From NCBI RefSeq assembly GCF_009914755.1, contig NC_060939.1: a stretch of 64,000 nt of DNA, one strand, 5' to 3'. The DNA is from the human T2T-CHM13v2.0 reference genome, Homo sapiens. Of this stretch, positions 36,551 through 50,165 are shown piece by piece. The notes under the pieces were generated by a model. The model saw only the letters and a program-made list of their open reading frames with translations, made no database searches and had not been told where the DNA came from. Position 1 is the stretch's first letter. Every line of letters begins with the position of its first letter. The position numbers and the translations under genes were made by a program.

Positions 36551-38911
36551 GACCCCCCACCCAACCCCAGCACTGCTCTCCCCCCTGATCCCCCACCCAA
36601 CCCCAGCACTGCTCTCCCCCCGAACCCCCACCCAACCCCAGCACTGCTCTCCCCGCTGACCCACACCCAACCCCAGCACTGCTCTCCCCCCCAAACCCCA
36701 CCCAACCCCAGCACTGCTCTCCCCCCCGAACCCCCACCCAACCCCAGCACTGCTCTCCCCCCCGACCCCCACCCAACCCCAGCACTGCTCTCCCCCCCGA
36801 ACCCCCACCCAACCCCAGCACTGCTCTCCCCCCCGACCCCCACCCAACCCCAGCACTGCTCTCCCCCCCGAACCCCCACCCAACCCCAGCACTGCTCTCC
36901 CCCCCGACCCCCCACCCAACCCCAGCACTGCTCTCCCCCCGAACCCCCACCCAACCCCAGCACTGCTCTCCCCCCGACCCCCCACCCAACCCCAGCACTG
37001 CTCTCCCCCCCGACCCCCACCCAACCCCAGCACTGCTCTCCCCCCGAACCCCACCCAACCCCAGCACTGCTCTCCCCCCCGACCCCCCACCCAACCCCAG
37101 CACTGCTCTCCCCCCCGACCCCCCACCCAACCCCAGCACTGCTCTCCCCCCCACCCCCCACCCAACCCCAGCACTGCTCTCCCCTCTGACCCCCACCCAA
37201 CCCCAGCACTGCTCTCCCCGCCGACCCCCCACCCAACCCCAGCACTGCTCTCCCCCCGAACCCCCACCCAACCCCAGCACTGCTCTCCCCTCTGACCCCC
37301 ACCCAACCCCAGCACTGCTCTCCCCCCCGACCCCCCACCCAACCCCAGCACTGCTCTCCCCCCCGACCCCCACCCAACCCCAGCACTGCTCTCCCCCCGA
37401 ACCCCACCCAACCCCAGCACTGCTCTCCCCTCTGACCCCCACCCAACCCCAGCACTGCTCTCCCCCCCGACCCCCCACCCAACCCCAGCACTGCTCTCCC
37501 CCCGAACCCCACCCAACCCCAGCACTGCTCTCCCCCCTGACCCCCCACCCAACCCCAGCACTGCTCTCCCCCTGAACCCCACCCAACCCCAGCACTGCTC
37601 TCCCCCCCGACCCCCACCCAACCCCAGCACTGCTCTCCCCCCCGAACCCCCACCCAACCCCAGCACTGCTCTCCCCGCCGACCCCCCACCCAACCCCAGC
37701 ACTGCTCTCCCCCCGAACCCCCACCCAACCCCAGCACTGCTCTCCCCCCGACCCCCCACCCAACCCCAGCACTGCTCTCCCCCCCGACCCCCCACCCAAC
37801 CCCAGCACTGCTCTCCCCCCCGACCCCCCACCCAACCCCAGCACTGCTCTCCCCCCCACCCCCCACCCAACCCCAGCACTGCTCTCCCCTCTGACCCCCA
37901 CCCAACCCCAGCACTGCTCTCCCCGCCGACCCCCCACCCAACCCCAGCACTGCTCTCCCCCCGAACCCCCACCCAACCCCAGCACTGCTCTCCCCTCTGA
38001 CCCCCACCCAACCCCAGCACTGCTCTCCCCCCCGACCCCCACCCAACCCCAGCACTGCTCTCCCCCCGAACCCCACCCAACCCCAGCACTGCTCTCCCCC
38101 CCGACCCCCCACCCAACCCCAGCACTGCTCTCCCCCCCGACCCCCCACCCAACCCCAGCACTGCTCTCCCCCCCACCCCCCACCCAACCCCAGCACTGCT
38201 CTCCCCCCCGACCCCCCACCCAACCCCAGCACTGCTCTCCCCCCGAACCCCACCCAACCCCAGCACTGCTCTCCCCCCCGAACCCCCACCCAACCCCAGC
38301 ACTGCTCTCCCCCCGAACCCCACCCAACCCCAGCACTGCTCTCCCCCCCGACCCCCCACCCAACCCCAGCACTGCTCTCCCCCCCGACCCCCCACCCAAC
38401 CCCAGCACTGCTCTCCCCCCCACCCCCCACCCAACCCCAGCACTGCTCTCCCCTCTGACCCCCACCCAACCCCAGCACTGCTCTCCCCGCCGACCCCCCA
38501 CCCAACCCCAGCACTGCTCTCCCCCCGAACCCCCACCCAACCCCAGCACTGCTCTCCCCTCTGACCCCCACCCAACCCCAGCACTGCTCTCCCCCCCGAC
38601 CCCCCACCCAACCCCAGCACTGCTCTCCCCCCCGACCCCCACCCAACCCCAGCACTGCTCTCCCCCCGAACCCCACCCAACCCCAGCACTGCTCTCCCCT
38701 CTGACCCCCACCCAACCCCAGCACTGCTCTCCCCCCCGACCCCCCACCCAACCCCAGCACTGCTCTCCCCCCGAACCCCACCCAACCCCAGCACTGCTCT
38801 CCCCCCGAACCCCCACCCAACCCCAGCACTGCTCTCCCCCCCGATCCCCCACCCAACCCCAGCACTGCTCTCCCCCCCGACCCCCCACCCAACCCCAGCA
38901 CTGCTCTCCCC
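36551..38911. repeat. VNTR, ~35-36 bp unit CCCCACCCAACCCCAGCACTGCTCTCCCCCC(C)GA(A/C), roughly 65 copies
   Basis: Read directly; invariant core CCCAACCCCAGCACTGCTCTCCCC with a variable C-tract junction. Confidence 0.98.
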
Positions 38912-39487
38912 ATCGTCCCCTGCCATCTCCAGCACCTAAAACCACCGTCCTGGGGTGGGGAGATCCACTTGGGCAGACTCTTGTTTGGTGGTTGCTGTCT
39001 GCAGCCATGAGGGAGGAGGGGGCGCAGGAGCCTAGGTCGGGGGGTTTCTAGGGGCTGTAGTCCCCACTGGCCTTGGGCATGCGCTGCCTGTGGTCCCTCA
39101 GGGTGCAATTTTCCCTGTAATGAGGCCTGCCCCCGGGAATATCTACATCTGGCATGTGTCTGGGAGTGGGTGGTATTCAGAGGGAGTGGCGCTGGTGTCA
39201 GTGCGGACTCCTTGGGCACTGCCTTCCTCCCAAAGCCTCACACACAGCGGTGGGACCGGGGTCCTTGCCTGGCACAGGAGGCCTCACTTGAGTTTGCAGC
39301 CAGACCAAGGGGCAAGTGTCTGCCAGGCCCACTGAGCTGGTTCTGGAGGGACTCTGCCTACAGGAGTGAAGGGCATGGGGGGCAACCCCATCCTTCCTCC
39401 TTCCGCTTCCCTTGCTCTCCTGCCTTCGGTACCTTTACCAAACCAGGTGGTATGTTCCTTATGTTATCCTAGGAAGTCAAACACAAG

Positions 39488-39690
39488 CAATGGCTAGCAT
39501 CTACCAGACACATACGGTGTGCCAGGCCCTTTTGCTAACACTGACGCTCTCCCCGCAGGTAGAACCTGCTACCCTCGTCCTTCTACAGCTGAGGGGGTGG
39601 AGGCACAGGTGGGGCGGGTGAACGGCTCAGCCAGCAGGTGGGACAGATGGGATCTGAGCCAGGCAGGCCGGCTGCGGAGCCCCCGCACCA
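39488..39690 (-). mobile_element. MIR (GC-shifted)
   Basis: TGTGCCAGGC...TTCTACAGCTGAGGGGGTGGAGGCACAG...GGGATCTGAGCCAGGCAG. Confidence 0.55.
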
Positions 39691-42417
39691 AACCAAGACC
39701 CCAGACTGCCTAGGGCTTAGTGCGTGGTATTTCTTATTTTACTCTAAGGGAAATCACCTAGAGGTCATGGCAAACCACCTTTTATTGTATGGGGTCCTGA
39801 GCGGGCTCCTGTCCCCGAGGGCCTCAGCAGCTGAGCCAATGTAGTCCCTGTTCCACAGCAATGGAGGATTACAACAATGACCTGGAACCCGAAAGACCCA
39901 GGCTTCGGAAAAGCTCACGTTCATGCCGCTGGACTGATGAGAACAGGGAAGGCTTCACTTTAGAAAGCGTTGTTCACAGCACTGCTTGCAGCCAGCAGGA
40001 CTTCCCAAGGACGTTCTCAGTCAGCACAGAACTGGCACTGCCCAGGAGCCCCCTGCCCCGCGCGCGCAGGGTCTCCCCAGTTCTGTGCCCACACCACCTG
40101 CTCCAGCTGCACTCGTGCTCCCAATAGGAACAGGTGGCCCAGAGCCCTCCGCTGCCTGGCAGGATGGTGGGGGAGCTTTATTTCCCACCCCAGTCTCCCG
40201 GGTCTGATGCCCTCCAGCCCACCCCGCCTCCCACCCATCCGTGTGACCTCAGCCTGTGGCTCCTGGCCTCTCTGCTTCTCACCACGCCGTGGCCACTGTG
40301 GTCAGAGGCCAGTCCCCCAGTGTCACGGGCCTCCCTGCCCACGAAGACCGTCTGGACGGCCAGTTCTGAGCGGCCATATGTGTGGGTGGAAAGGAGTCTG
40401 AAGGCCAAGCCAGTCTCCAAATAACAATATGGAAAAAATGTTAAAGAGGCGAGCGCTAACCTGGGATCGCTGCAAGTCTTGTTCGTTAAAATAAGGAGGA
40501 AGGAAAATTGGCATGGGAATAAGGAACATTACAGGGTATTTCCTGCAAGGAATATGGGACATACTTGGAAATTTCTTGAGGCATAATAAGTTTACTGTCC
40601 CTTTTCTTAAAAAAAAAACATTGCTGTGGCTCACCTGTCCCTCCTTCCCCACCAAAAACAGTTATTTATGGGTGTAAAATATTCCCTGTTTCAAGCAACT
40701 TAAGAGAACAAATACTGCTGTGAGAGACTCCCCCAGCAGTGAAAGATTTGGCACACAGTCAGGATCTGAGGTTTGGCTATTTGCTTTTAGCCATTAATTG
40801 CTGTAGAAAGCCTTTGAAAAAACCCTGTATCTGGGAGTCTCCTGCTATAAAAGACCATTTAGAACCAGTGGGAAGCTGGTCTTTAAGTTCTTGTCGACGG
40901 AGACTCCAGTCTCCAAGCAGGAACTCCCAATTACACATTTACTTGATAAAGATATAGGCGCTACCTGGGGGGGTAATTAAATGTGAAAATCCCTCTTTGA
41001 ACCTATCATTGTGGGATGCCCAAATTTGGCCCTAGAGCTGCTGCCTTTGGGAGCCCAAAGAGAATCGCTGTGGGATTGAGGAGAACAGAACGGTTTCTTT
41101 CTCCCCCTCCTTCATTAAGAATGCTTTGACCTACTCTCTTATAGTAAAAATTATTAATTAAACGCCCAAACGCAGCCGCTTTGGCACAGGGAACTATTTA
41201 GAAGGCAAACACCGAAATTAAGCCCAGACACAAACGCATTCTACTGCAGAAGATGCTACTGATGCACCTTTTGTGTGAGACAGTGAGGAAGCCGGGGTTT
41301 CTGAGACTGTATGTGCCAGGCATGTTGCTTGGCATAAGACGTAGTCAGGTTTAAGACAATCCTCTCGCAAAAGCAGCACTCCTTTTGCCCGCGGTGGTGA
41401 TGGTCCTAGAGATGGAAGGAAGAGTGGAAATGGGGATGCCTGTCCACTCTGAGCCTGGTTCGTTTCTCTTCTCCACAGGATTTGGGGTGTTGATTCTGTT
41501 TCTTCTCTTATCACTGCATTTATTAGAGTCCTTGACCCTCCAGAACCTGTCACCCACCTCGTGTCAGGACCCAGCCTTTGTGGTCAGGATTGCAGCACCC
41601 TGAGCCCACCTCGAGACCCACAGGCTTAACTGTGAAGTGGCTCCCATCGGTAGGGGACCTGATGTTGGAGTCCTTAATAAGGAGTGAGCCCTGAAGTCTG
41701 GAGACATTTCAATTGCCCAGGTCACTGGGTGAACCTGTAACCAAGAGGCTGCTGGCCAAAAACTCATCAACAGCTTGTGTTTTCCAATTTCCATCTATCA
41801 TATCCGTAGGGCAATGTTCAATGCATAAGGTCCAAGTGAAGGTTTGCACTAAAAACATTCTGTTGAGTAAACACAAATGGCCATTAAACACACGAAATAA
41901 AGCCCCACCTCACTAGGGACCAGGGAAAGGTAACAATTAAAGCTTCACCCATTCTGAAGCTAGCAAGTGGAAAAGATACAAAGATAAATTGTCGTTGGCA
42001 TAGACGGTGACACCCAGTGTTGGTGAGATGTGGAGAAACGGGTTCTCTTGCCCACAACTAAGAGCAAGCATGGATGCCATCTTTCCAGAGGGCATTTTGG
42101 CACTGTTTTCAAAAGCATTAAAAACATGTGAGCCAATGTGTGCTTCCAACAATGTTGGACTAGCTTATTTCAGATCAACCCTCCTATCAAGAACAACTAG
42201 AAAAGCTGTAGACAAATGTATAAATCACCTGCTTGAAGTCGTGGGAGTAGCCCCAGGGCAGTGAGCACTTGAAAGGTCCAGGTCCTGGAGAGAAGAGGAA
42301 CACAGGAGGATAAGCTGGAAGTTCGGTGCCTATTTCTCTCTCAAGGCAGTTGCCGGTTCTCTCTCAGCTGCAGCTGAGAGGTTGAGAAGCTAAGCAACAA
42401 GCAGTGATGGAGGGGCT

Positions 42418-42485
42418 GAAAAAGTGGGTGAACTGCTGACAATCTCATAAGGAAAAAGTGGGTGAACTGCTGACAATCTCACAAG
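42418..42485. repeat. 34-bp tandem duplication
   Basis: GAAAAAGTGGGTGAACTGCTGACAATCTCA(T/C)AAG twice. Confidence 0.95.
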
Positions 42486-42577
42486 ACAAGGGAACAAACA
42501 TTGGCATGGAGGGTATGCAAAAGAGGAGTCAAAGGTAGATACCCCAGGCCTTCATTTCAGGGGCCCAAAGAGCTAAC

Positions 42578-43110
42578 TAGAGTGACCAACCACCCTGGTT
42601 TGTCTGTGACTGTCCTGGTTTTAGCACAGAAGGTCCTCTGTCCCAGGAATCCCCTCAGTCCAAGGCAATCCAGGGTTCTTGGTAACTGCTGTGGTTTGAG
42701 TGTCCCCTCCAAAACTCATGCTGGAGTTGAATTGCCACTGTGAGGGCATTAAGAGGCGGGGTCAGGTGGGACCTTTAAAAGGTGATTAGGTCATGGGTCT
42801 CTGCCCTTATGAATGGATTAATGGACTATGGCTTGTCATAGGAGTGGGTTAGTTATTTTGAGAGTGGGTCTGTTATAAAAGCCAGTTTGGCTCTCTCTTG
42901 TGCACCCCACTTGCCCTGTGTACCCCGCTTACCCTGTGATGCCTTCTGTCATGGTACAAGACAGAAAAAAAGGTCCTCAGCAGATGCAGCTCCTTGACCT
43001 TAGAATTTCCAGCCTCCAGAACTGTAAGAAATAGATTTATTTTTATTATAAATTACCCACTCTGTGTATTCTATTATAGGAACAGAGAACAGATGAAGAT
43101 GGTCACCCTA
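42578..43110. mobile_element. MER81-like hAT element split by an MST LTR
   Basis: TAGAGTGACCA...GGTTTTAGCAC.GAA.GTCC...CCCCTCAGTCC; terminal TGGTCACC(C)TA reappears after the LTR. Confidence 0.7.
42687..43099 (+). mobile_element. MST-type MaLR solo LTR
   Basis: TGCTGTGGTTTGAGTGTCCCCTCCAAAACTCATG...CCAGCCTCCAGAACTGTAAGAAATA. Confidence 0.85.
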
Positions 43111-44721
43111 AATAAACCCTGGAATTCATGCTGACACCCAGGTTCAAATCCTCTCAGGCCCTAATTAAGTTAGGTGATCTGCCATTGATGATGACCAGAA
43201 GCAAAAGTTAATATTCTCTGGGGAAAGATAACACCCAGGGTCTTGAGTCTTTTCTGCAGTTTTCAAACACAATAGCTAACATTCCATCAAAACTAACCAG
43301 GTATGAAAAATGATAAGGTTGGAGCAAGAGGAAAAAAATAAACAATACAAAAAATCCTCTGGAGATTCTGATATTGGTGTTACGAGGCTTTTAAAAACTA
43401 AAATAACTGAGATTAGTATATTCCAGAAATTAGATAGGTATTTTCAGCAGCATCCTGGAAGCAATAAATGGAAACTTTAGAACTTAAAAATATGATACTA
43501 AACTTATGGGAATAGTTAAGTTTAACTACAGATTAGACATAGCTGAAGAAAATAAGTAATTGTGAAGATAGTTAGAAAAATATATCTAGACTGAAGCACA
43601 AGGAGAAAAAAATGAAAAATACAGAAAAGAATTTAAGAGAAAATATGTAATTAGAGTCCAAGAAAGAGAGAGGAGAGAGATTAGAAGTAATATTTGAAGA
43701 CAAAATGGCTGAGAGATGACAAAAATGATGGAAAACAGAAAACTACAGATTTCAGAAGAGCTATAAAGCACAAACAGTACAGATTAAAAAAACACACCTA
43801 GACGCATAGCAGTAAAACTCCTGGAAACCAAAAAGAAAACTCCAAAAGCAGCCATAGAAAAAAAACCATATTTCCTTCAAAGAAAACAATGAAAGCTAAT
43901 GGACAACGGAACCATATGTTCAAAGCACTGAAAGTAAATTGCTGCCAACATATAATTATATACACAGCAAGAATATCCTTCAAAAGTGAGGGTGATGTGA
44001 AGACATTTTCAGACAAGTGAAAACTAGAATTATTCACCAGAGCACCTGCACTGGAGAAACTAGCAAAAGAGTTCCTTAGGCAGAAGGAAAATGATCCTAG
44101 ATGAAAGCACAGAGATGCAGGGAAGAATGAAGAGAAATACAAAGATTTAATATGCAGGTAAATCTAAATCAAGACCGATCATACAAAACAACAATAATAA
44201 TGTTTTGGGAATACTATATGGCATTTTGTAACGATGAAAGATCAATTCACCAGGAAGACAGTAATTCTAAATTAGCCTCAAAATTGTAAAGAAAAAAATT
44301 GACAAAACTAAAATGAAAAATAGACAAATCCACCATTATCCTGGGAGATTTTTAACACAACTCTCTTAGTAACTGAAAAAACAAGTAGACAAAAAAAAGT
44401 CAGCAAGCATACAGAAAATTCAAACAACACATTTAACAAACTTAATAGATATATGCAGAACTCTGCACCACAAACTGCAGAATGTGCCTTCTTTTTAATT
44501 TGCACACGGAGCATTGGCTAAATTTGACCATATTCGGGGAAATGATACAAACCTCAATACATTTCTAATGACTGAAATCATGCAGACTGCGTTCTTTCAC
44601 CACATTAAAATTAAGCTGGCAATCAAAACTAGGAATCCCCAAATGTTTTTAACTTAAGTTATATGTTGCTAAATAACCCCGGGTCAAAAAGAAACTCAAA
44701 TAAAAATTCAAAAATATTTTG

Positions 44722-45074
<353 letters not shown>

Positions 45075-45129
45075 CTATACTGAAATGGATATGTGAGAGA
45101 AGTAAAGAGGATAAAATTTAATGAGCCAG

Positions 45130-45400
45130 GATAAATACAAGTGATTCCACTTATATGAGGTACGTAGAGTGGTCAAGTTAACAGAGACGGAAAGTAGAAT
45201 GGTGATTTTCGGGGGCTTATGGGGGCAAAGGAGTTAGTATTTCGTGGGTACAGAGTTGCAGTTTTGCAAGATAAAAAGAGTTCTGGAGATGGATGGTAGT
45301 GATGGCTGCATAACACTATGAATCTACTTACTGTTACTGAACCTTACACTTCAAAATGGTTAAGATGATACATTTGATGTGTATCTGACAATTAACATTT
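45130..45400 (+). mobile_element. L1MB-like 3' end nested in the older L1
   Basis: GATTCCACTTATATGAGGTA...GAAAGTAGAATGGTG...AAAATGGTTAAGATG. Confidence 0.8.
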
Positions 45401-45584
45401 TTTAAATTAATGAGCTGAGCATCCATCTCAAGGAATTGGGAAAATAACAAATTAAACCTAAAGAAAATAAAAGGAAAGGGGTAAAGAATATAATAGCAGA
45501 AATTAATGAAATAGAAAACAAATTTGCAAATAGAGGTGTTCAATAAAGTTAACGTTTCTTTTTGAAATGAGCAATACAGTCGGT

Positions 45585-45965
45585 AGTAAGTTGGGTTTCC
45601 TGGGCAGCAGATTCTGAGATGAAGAGCACAGTGCTGAAAGGTTACGAGGGACTGTTCTTGGAATCCAAGGAAAGCGAAGGGAAGGGAAGAGAAGAGAAAG
45701 GGAAGAAACCAGGATTGGGTAAAGGAAGAGGTTGAGCTGTAACTCAGCCTCACAGGATGCCTCAGCCAGCTACTCAGGGAGGACGGAAGCTGACACCACC
45801 CTTGAGAGTCATCCCAAGCCGGGGCCAGAGGCAGATCTTCATGTCCCATAGTGAGCAGTCATCCCGTAGGCTGCCCTGGAAAGGGCGCATGACACTGGGA
45901 GTCACCAGCACTCTCGGCAGCTGGGGCAATGAGCACTTCATTTCTGAAGGGGGATTCTGGTAGCT
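45585..45965. mobile_element. ERVL-type LTR fragment (LTR40/41-like)
   Basis: GCAGATTCTGAGATG...CAGGATTGGG..AAGGAAGAGGTTGAGCTG. Confidence 0.45.
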
Positions 45966-46678
45966 CTTCACCTTACGAGCAGGGTGAGAAGAAAGGAGCC
46001 GCAGATTGCCAATATCAGGAAAGCAGTGGGGGACAGTGAAAGGTCTTACAGACCACTGAAAAGAAAGCGAGAGGATTTTGTCGACATATTCAGTCCTATC
46101 TGCTTGAAAATTTAGATGAACAAATCCTCTCACCCAAGCAACTTTTTAAAATGAACACGAGAAAAGAAAATCTGAATAATTTTATATCTATTAAATGTAT
46201 AATTAGAAAACCTTCCTGTAAGGAAAACTCCAGGCCCAGATGACTTCAGTGCATTCTTCTGAATATTTCAGGTAGAAATAATGCTAATCTGATGAAAGCT
46301 CTTCCAGAGAACAGAAAGCAAGGAAACGCCACCCGCTTGTCATGAGGCAAGCATAACTTTGATACCAAAATCTGATAAGGTCATTACGAAAAAGTAAAAT
46401 GGCAGGTCAATCATTCTCACAAACATTCTCACAAACATAAATATCTGAAACAAAATATTAGTTAAGCAAACCCAAGATAGATAAAAAGGTATTCCAGGAA
46501 TATGAAGTTGGTTTAATGTGCAGAAAGCAATGGAATTCACCACACTAACAGAATAAAGAAGGAAGTCCTGTAGTAATTATATCACTGGATGAAAAAAAGG
46601 GTTTGGTAAAATCCAACACCTGTTCATAGTGGAAACTACAGAAGCTGTGAATGGAAGGGGATTCCTTAATCACAGAGG

Positions 46679-47269
46679 CACGAAAGGAAAATAAATCTCC
46701 CCAAAATCACTAAGCCAAAGGCAAAAGTCGAGCCGGGAACTGCCTTTCATTCTAGTCCTAAATAAGACAGCTACAAAGATTAATAAAAAGCTACCTACCT
46801 CCCTCACCATTTGCCCGCAAGGAAATTCCTTGTGGACAACGGACAGGCAGAACTCAAGTCATCCCTCTGCTCACGTGAGACAAATGCATATCCTATTGCT
46901 TCCCCTTCCCTATGGTTTCACTGAGCCAGGCTAAGACATAAGTGACTATTCCTGTACAGTGTATGTTGAGTGAAAGGCTAATCAGAAACTCAAAAGAATG
47001 CAACCATTTGTCTCTTATCTACCTATGACCTGGAAGCCCTCTCCCTGCTTCGAGTTGTCCTGCCTTTCCAGAACGAACCAATGTACACCTTACATATAAT
47101 GACTGATGTCTCATGTCTCCCTAAAATGTGTAAAACCAAGCTGTGCCCCGACCACCTTGAGCATGTGTTATCAGGACCTCCTGAGCTGGGTCACAGGTGT
47201 GTCCTTAACCTTGGCAAAATAAACTTTCTAAATTGATTGAGACCTTTCTCAGACACCTTTTCGGCTACA
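46679..47269 (+). mobile_element. MER4A-like ERV1 solo LTR
   Basis: GAAAGGAAAATAAATCT..CCCCAAAATCACTAAGC.AAAGG.AAAAGTC; AATAAACTTTCTAAATTGATTGAGACC...ACA end; the L1 resumes afterwards. Confidence 0.85.
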
Positions 47270-49337
47270 AAGGGTATCTACACAAAAACCCCTACAACAA
47301 GCATCATACTTAACCATGAAATAGTGAATGTTTCTCCCTTGAGATCAGAAAACACAATTCAGACTAGAAAGAGAAGAATCCACAGATGGCTCCTGGCTTC
47401 AAGGGAGAGAGATTCTTCTGGACTTTGGAAGGGCACCTGGGCACGTGAGTGGTGGAGGGAAGTCCTCTAGCCTCAGAAGAGGGTGCAGAGGATTTTTGAA
47501 AGGTGGTCAGGTGGTGTCATCACAGCAGAGACGAAGGGAATGAGCTCTGGGCAGATTTTGACCACTCTCTCCTTACCCAGCAAGGCTGGCCTTTTGGAGT
47601 AGGGAGCGCCTGAATCCCAGGATGTTGTTGGAGCTCGGGGCCTGGGACAGAAGAGGTTCTCAGCAGCGTGCCTTGTGTAAATGGTGACTCTGAAATAGCA
47701 TAGCTGTCCAGGCTGAGTGGGGGCCATAAGGGCCTGAGCTCCAGGCAAGGCTCTGTGGTTGAACTCAGTGCCGGGCAGTATTGCCACTTAGGTGCGTCTG
47801 CAGGGCCAGGCAGGTGGTGGCAGACCAATACCCTACAGCAGCTCTGGGTGGCCTCACAGAGCAGCCCCACGCGGGGCCTGAGCAGCTCCTAGGGCACTCC
47901 CACAAGCCCCTGTGGCTTTTGCTGGAACCTGAGGTAGGCAGCAGGCACCCAGAGTGATCTGCATCGCATACCCATGTGGGTAGTACCAGTGGGGGCAAGG
48001 CAACTCAGAGGCAAGTCAAGCATTATGCATCTTTAATTAGAATCAAGAGAGATCGGATTTCGTGCTGCTAAATTCTGCCAGCGGGGGTAACTGTAAAACC
48101 CCATGGCTGCCCATGAGCCCTCTGAAACCAGGAGAGGACGGAGGCTAGCGCGGGAGCAATCTCTGCCATGGGACTTGGGGTCCCCTTTATCCCCTCAGAG
48201 GAACAGCCTGAGTGCAGCCGCTCCATCCTCAGGGTGTCGGGGACATTGGGGCCCTCCAGCTCCCAAACATTTGCGCCATGGTGAGGTGACGGTTTGCAGA
48301 CAGGGCTGCTTCTGCAGGAGCTTAAACTCCAGGAGAACAGGGAGTGGTCTGAATGCCTGGGCACCCCAGCACCCAGCAGTGACTGAGCTGTGGCTGGAAG
48401 GAGAGGGGGTGGATGCCGAGAATCAAGGACGGGTGCAGTTCTTAGTCCTCTCCTCTAAGTTCTTCAGACTGTGGGCCCGTGAACTTGTGAGCCAAGGAGA
48501 GTCCTCGAGGGGACACTTTCCTTCTGCCTGGCACCCCACTGTGGCATTTTGGCCTCCAGAGGAGTAAGAGAGAACGGTCTTTCTCCCAGGGGTTCTCCTG
48601 CCCAGGGTTTAGAAAAATCAATACAATTGATTAAAGAAAGATGGTGGCACAGGGATGCTTCATCTTCCCTCCTTCCTGACCCGGGGACCCACAGCAGAAG
48701 CTGAGAAGAGGAAGCCTCCCGGCCCCTCCCTCAACACCAGCCTCCCCGGCGGGACGCTTGCTCTCCAGCACACGCCCAGGGGTTCTGGTTTCCACTGCAG
48801 CCTCTCTTACTATCCCATTTTGTAGCCCGTGGGGATGCGCCTTTTCATAAAGTTTCCCTTACATCTAAAGCATTACAAGATCATGGTAGAAGACATCTTA
48901 AACGTGGAGAAGCCGCAAGCAAGCTAAAGAATAAATTCTTCATAATGCTTTTTTTGCTATTTCTCCTTCCAGAGATTTTTCCTCTGTGTGTGTGTGTGTG
49001 TGAGTATACATAGAAAATCCCTATGCTTTGCTTTTTTTTTTTTAGAAAAATGAACTTATTCCCTACATGCGGTTGTATATTTTGCGTCTTTCATTCAATA
49101 GCATGAAAATTCCACATTATTCAATATTCTCAACACTTTTGGCTGCACAGTATTTTATATTTGGAATTATTACAACCAGGCTAGTACCCTGTTGTTGGAC
49201 ATTTACACTGAAAACTATTCTGAGAATTCTTTTGCCCTTGACCCTCAATTATTCTGTTCTTTCCTATGATAGTTCTAAAAATTGTCTTCTTGTGAACACT
49301 CTGATTAGTTCACTGTTTTGATTGTACCGTGCACCCA

Positions 49338-49555
49338 CCTCCACTTCCCAGGTTCAAGCGATTCTCGTGCCTCAGCCTCCCAAGTAGCTGGAATTACAGG
49401 TGTGTGCCACCACATCCAGCTAATTTTTGTATTTTTTGTAGAGACGGGGTTTTGCCATGTTGGCCAGGCTGGTCTTGAACCTCTGACTTCATGTGATCCT
49501 CCTGCCTCGGCCTCCCAAAGTGCTGGGATTACAGGTATAAGCCATTTGCTCAGCC
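49338..49555 (-). mobile_element. AluS lacking its 3' end
   Basis: Alu consensus. Confidence 0.9.
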
Positions 49556-49993
49556 AACAGCACAGATTTATGATTTTACAGTGCAACAGGCCGAAAGACA
49601 TGGGTCTCGGTGGAATAAAGTCAAGGCCTTGGCAGGCTGTGCTGTCTCTGGCGGTCCCGGAGGAGAATCCACGCCCTTGTCTTTTCCATTTCTAGAGGCG
49701 GCCCTCATTCCTTGGCTCCTGGCCCCTTCATCCACCTTCCAAGTCTCCCTGTGCCTCTCGTCCACAGTCCCATCCTCTTCTGACCACAACTGGGAATGGA
49801 TCTCCAATTTTAAGGATTGCGTGATTGGATTGTTTTTGCCTGAAAAAATCCAGGATCACCACCCCATCTCAAGCTCCTGAACTTCAACTGTGTCTGCAAA
49901 GCCCACTTTGCCCCATGGCATGACTTAGTTACTGTCTCTGGGAATAAGGTTGGGGGCAGCATCTTTAGGGGGCCATGATTCCACTTCCCACAA
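49556..49993 (-). mobile_element. MLT1D-like LTR
   Basis: GGAGAATCC...CTTTTCCA.TTCTAGAGGC.GCCC.CATTCCTTGGCTC.TGGCCCC. Confidence 0.75.
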
Positions 49994-49994
49994 T

Positions 49995-50165
49995 GCTAAT
50001 AACTCCCATTTTTCGAGCAGCTGCTATTACTGTCAGTGTTGAACTGGGCACTTTACAGGGATTATCTCATTTTACCCCAGCCCCAAATCCACAAGGCAGA
50101 TACTATGGTTATCCTCACGTGGCAGATGAAGAAAGTGAGGCAGAGAGCAGTAGTTTAGAAGCCAA
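49995..50165 (-). mobile_element. MIR
   Basis: GCAGATGAAGAAAGTGAGGCAGAGAG core. Confidence 0.6.

Noticed and set aside
36551-38911. CRISPR-like repeat/spacer array
   Set aside because: The variable parts are only ~10-nt C-tract variants, not unique spacers; eukaryotic context with no cas genes
36003-39219. ORFs of 1001, 815 and 903 aa as protein-coding genes
   Set aside because: They lie almost entirely in the VNTR, are open in all three frames because of composition, and are low complexity with no domain
39840-39990. Possible exon (CCCTGTTCCACAG acceptor, then ATG GAG GAT TAC)
   Set aside because: No recognisable protein similarity, clear donor site or partner exons
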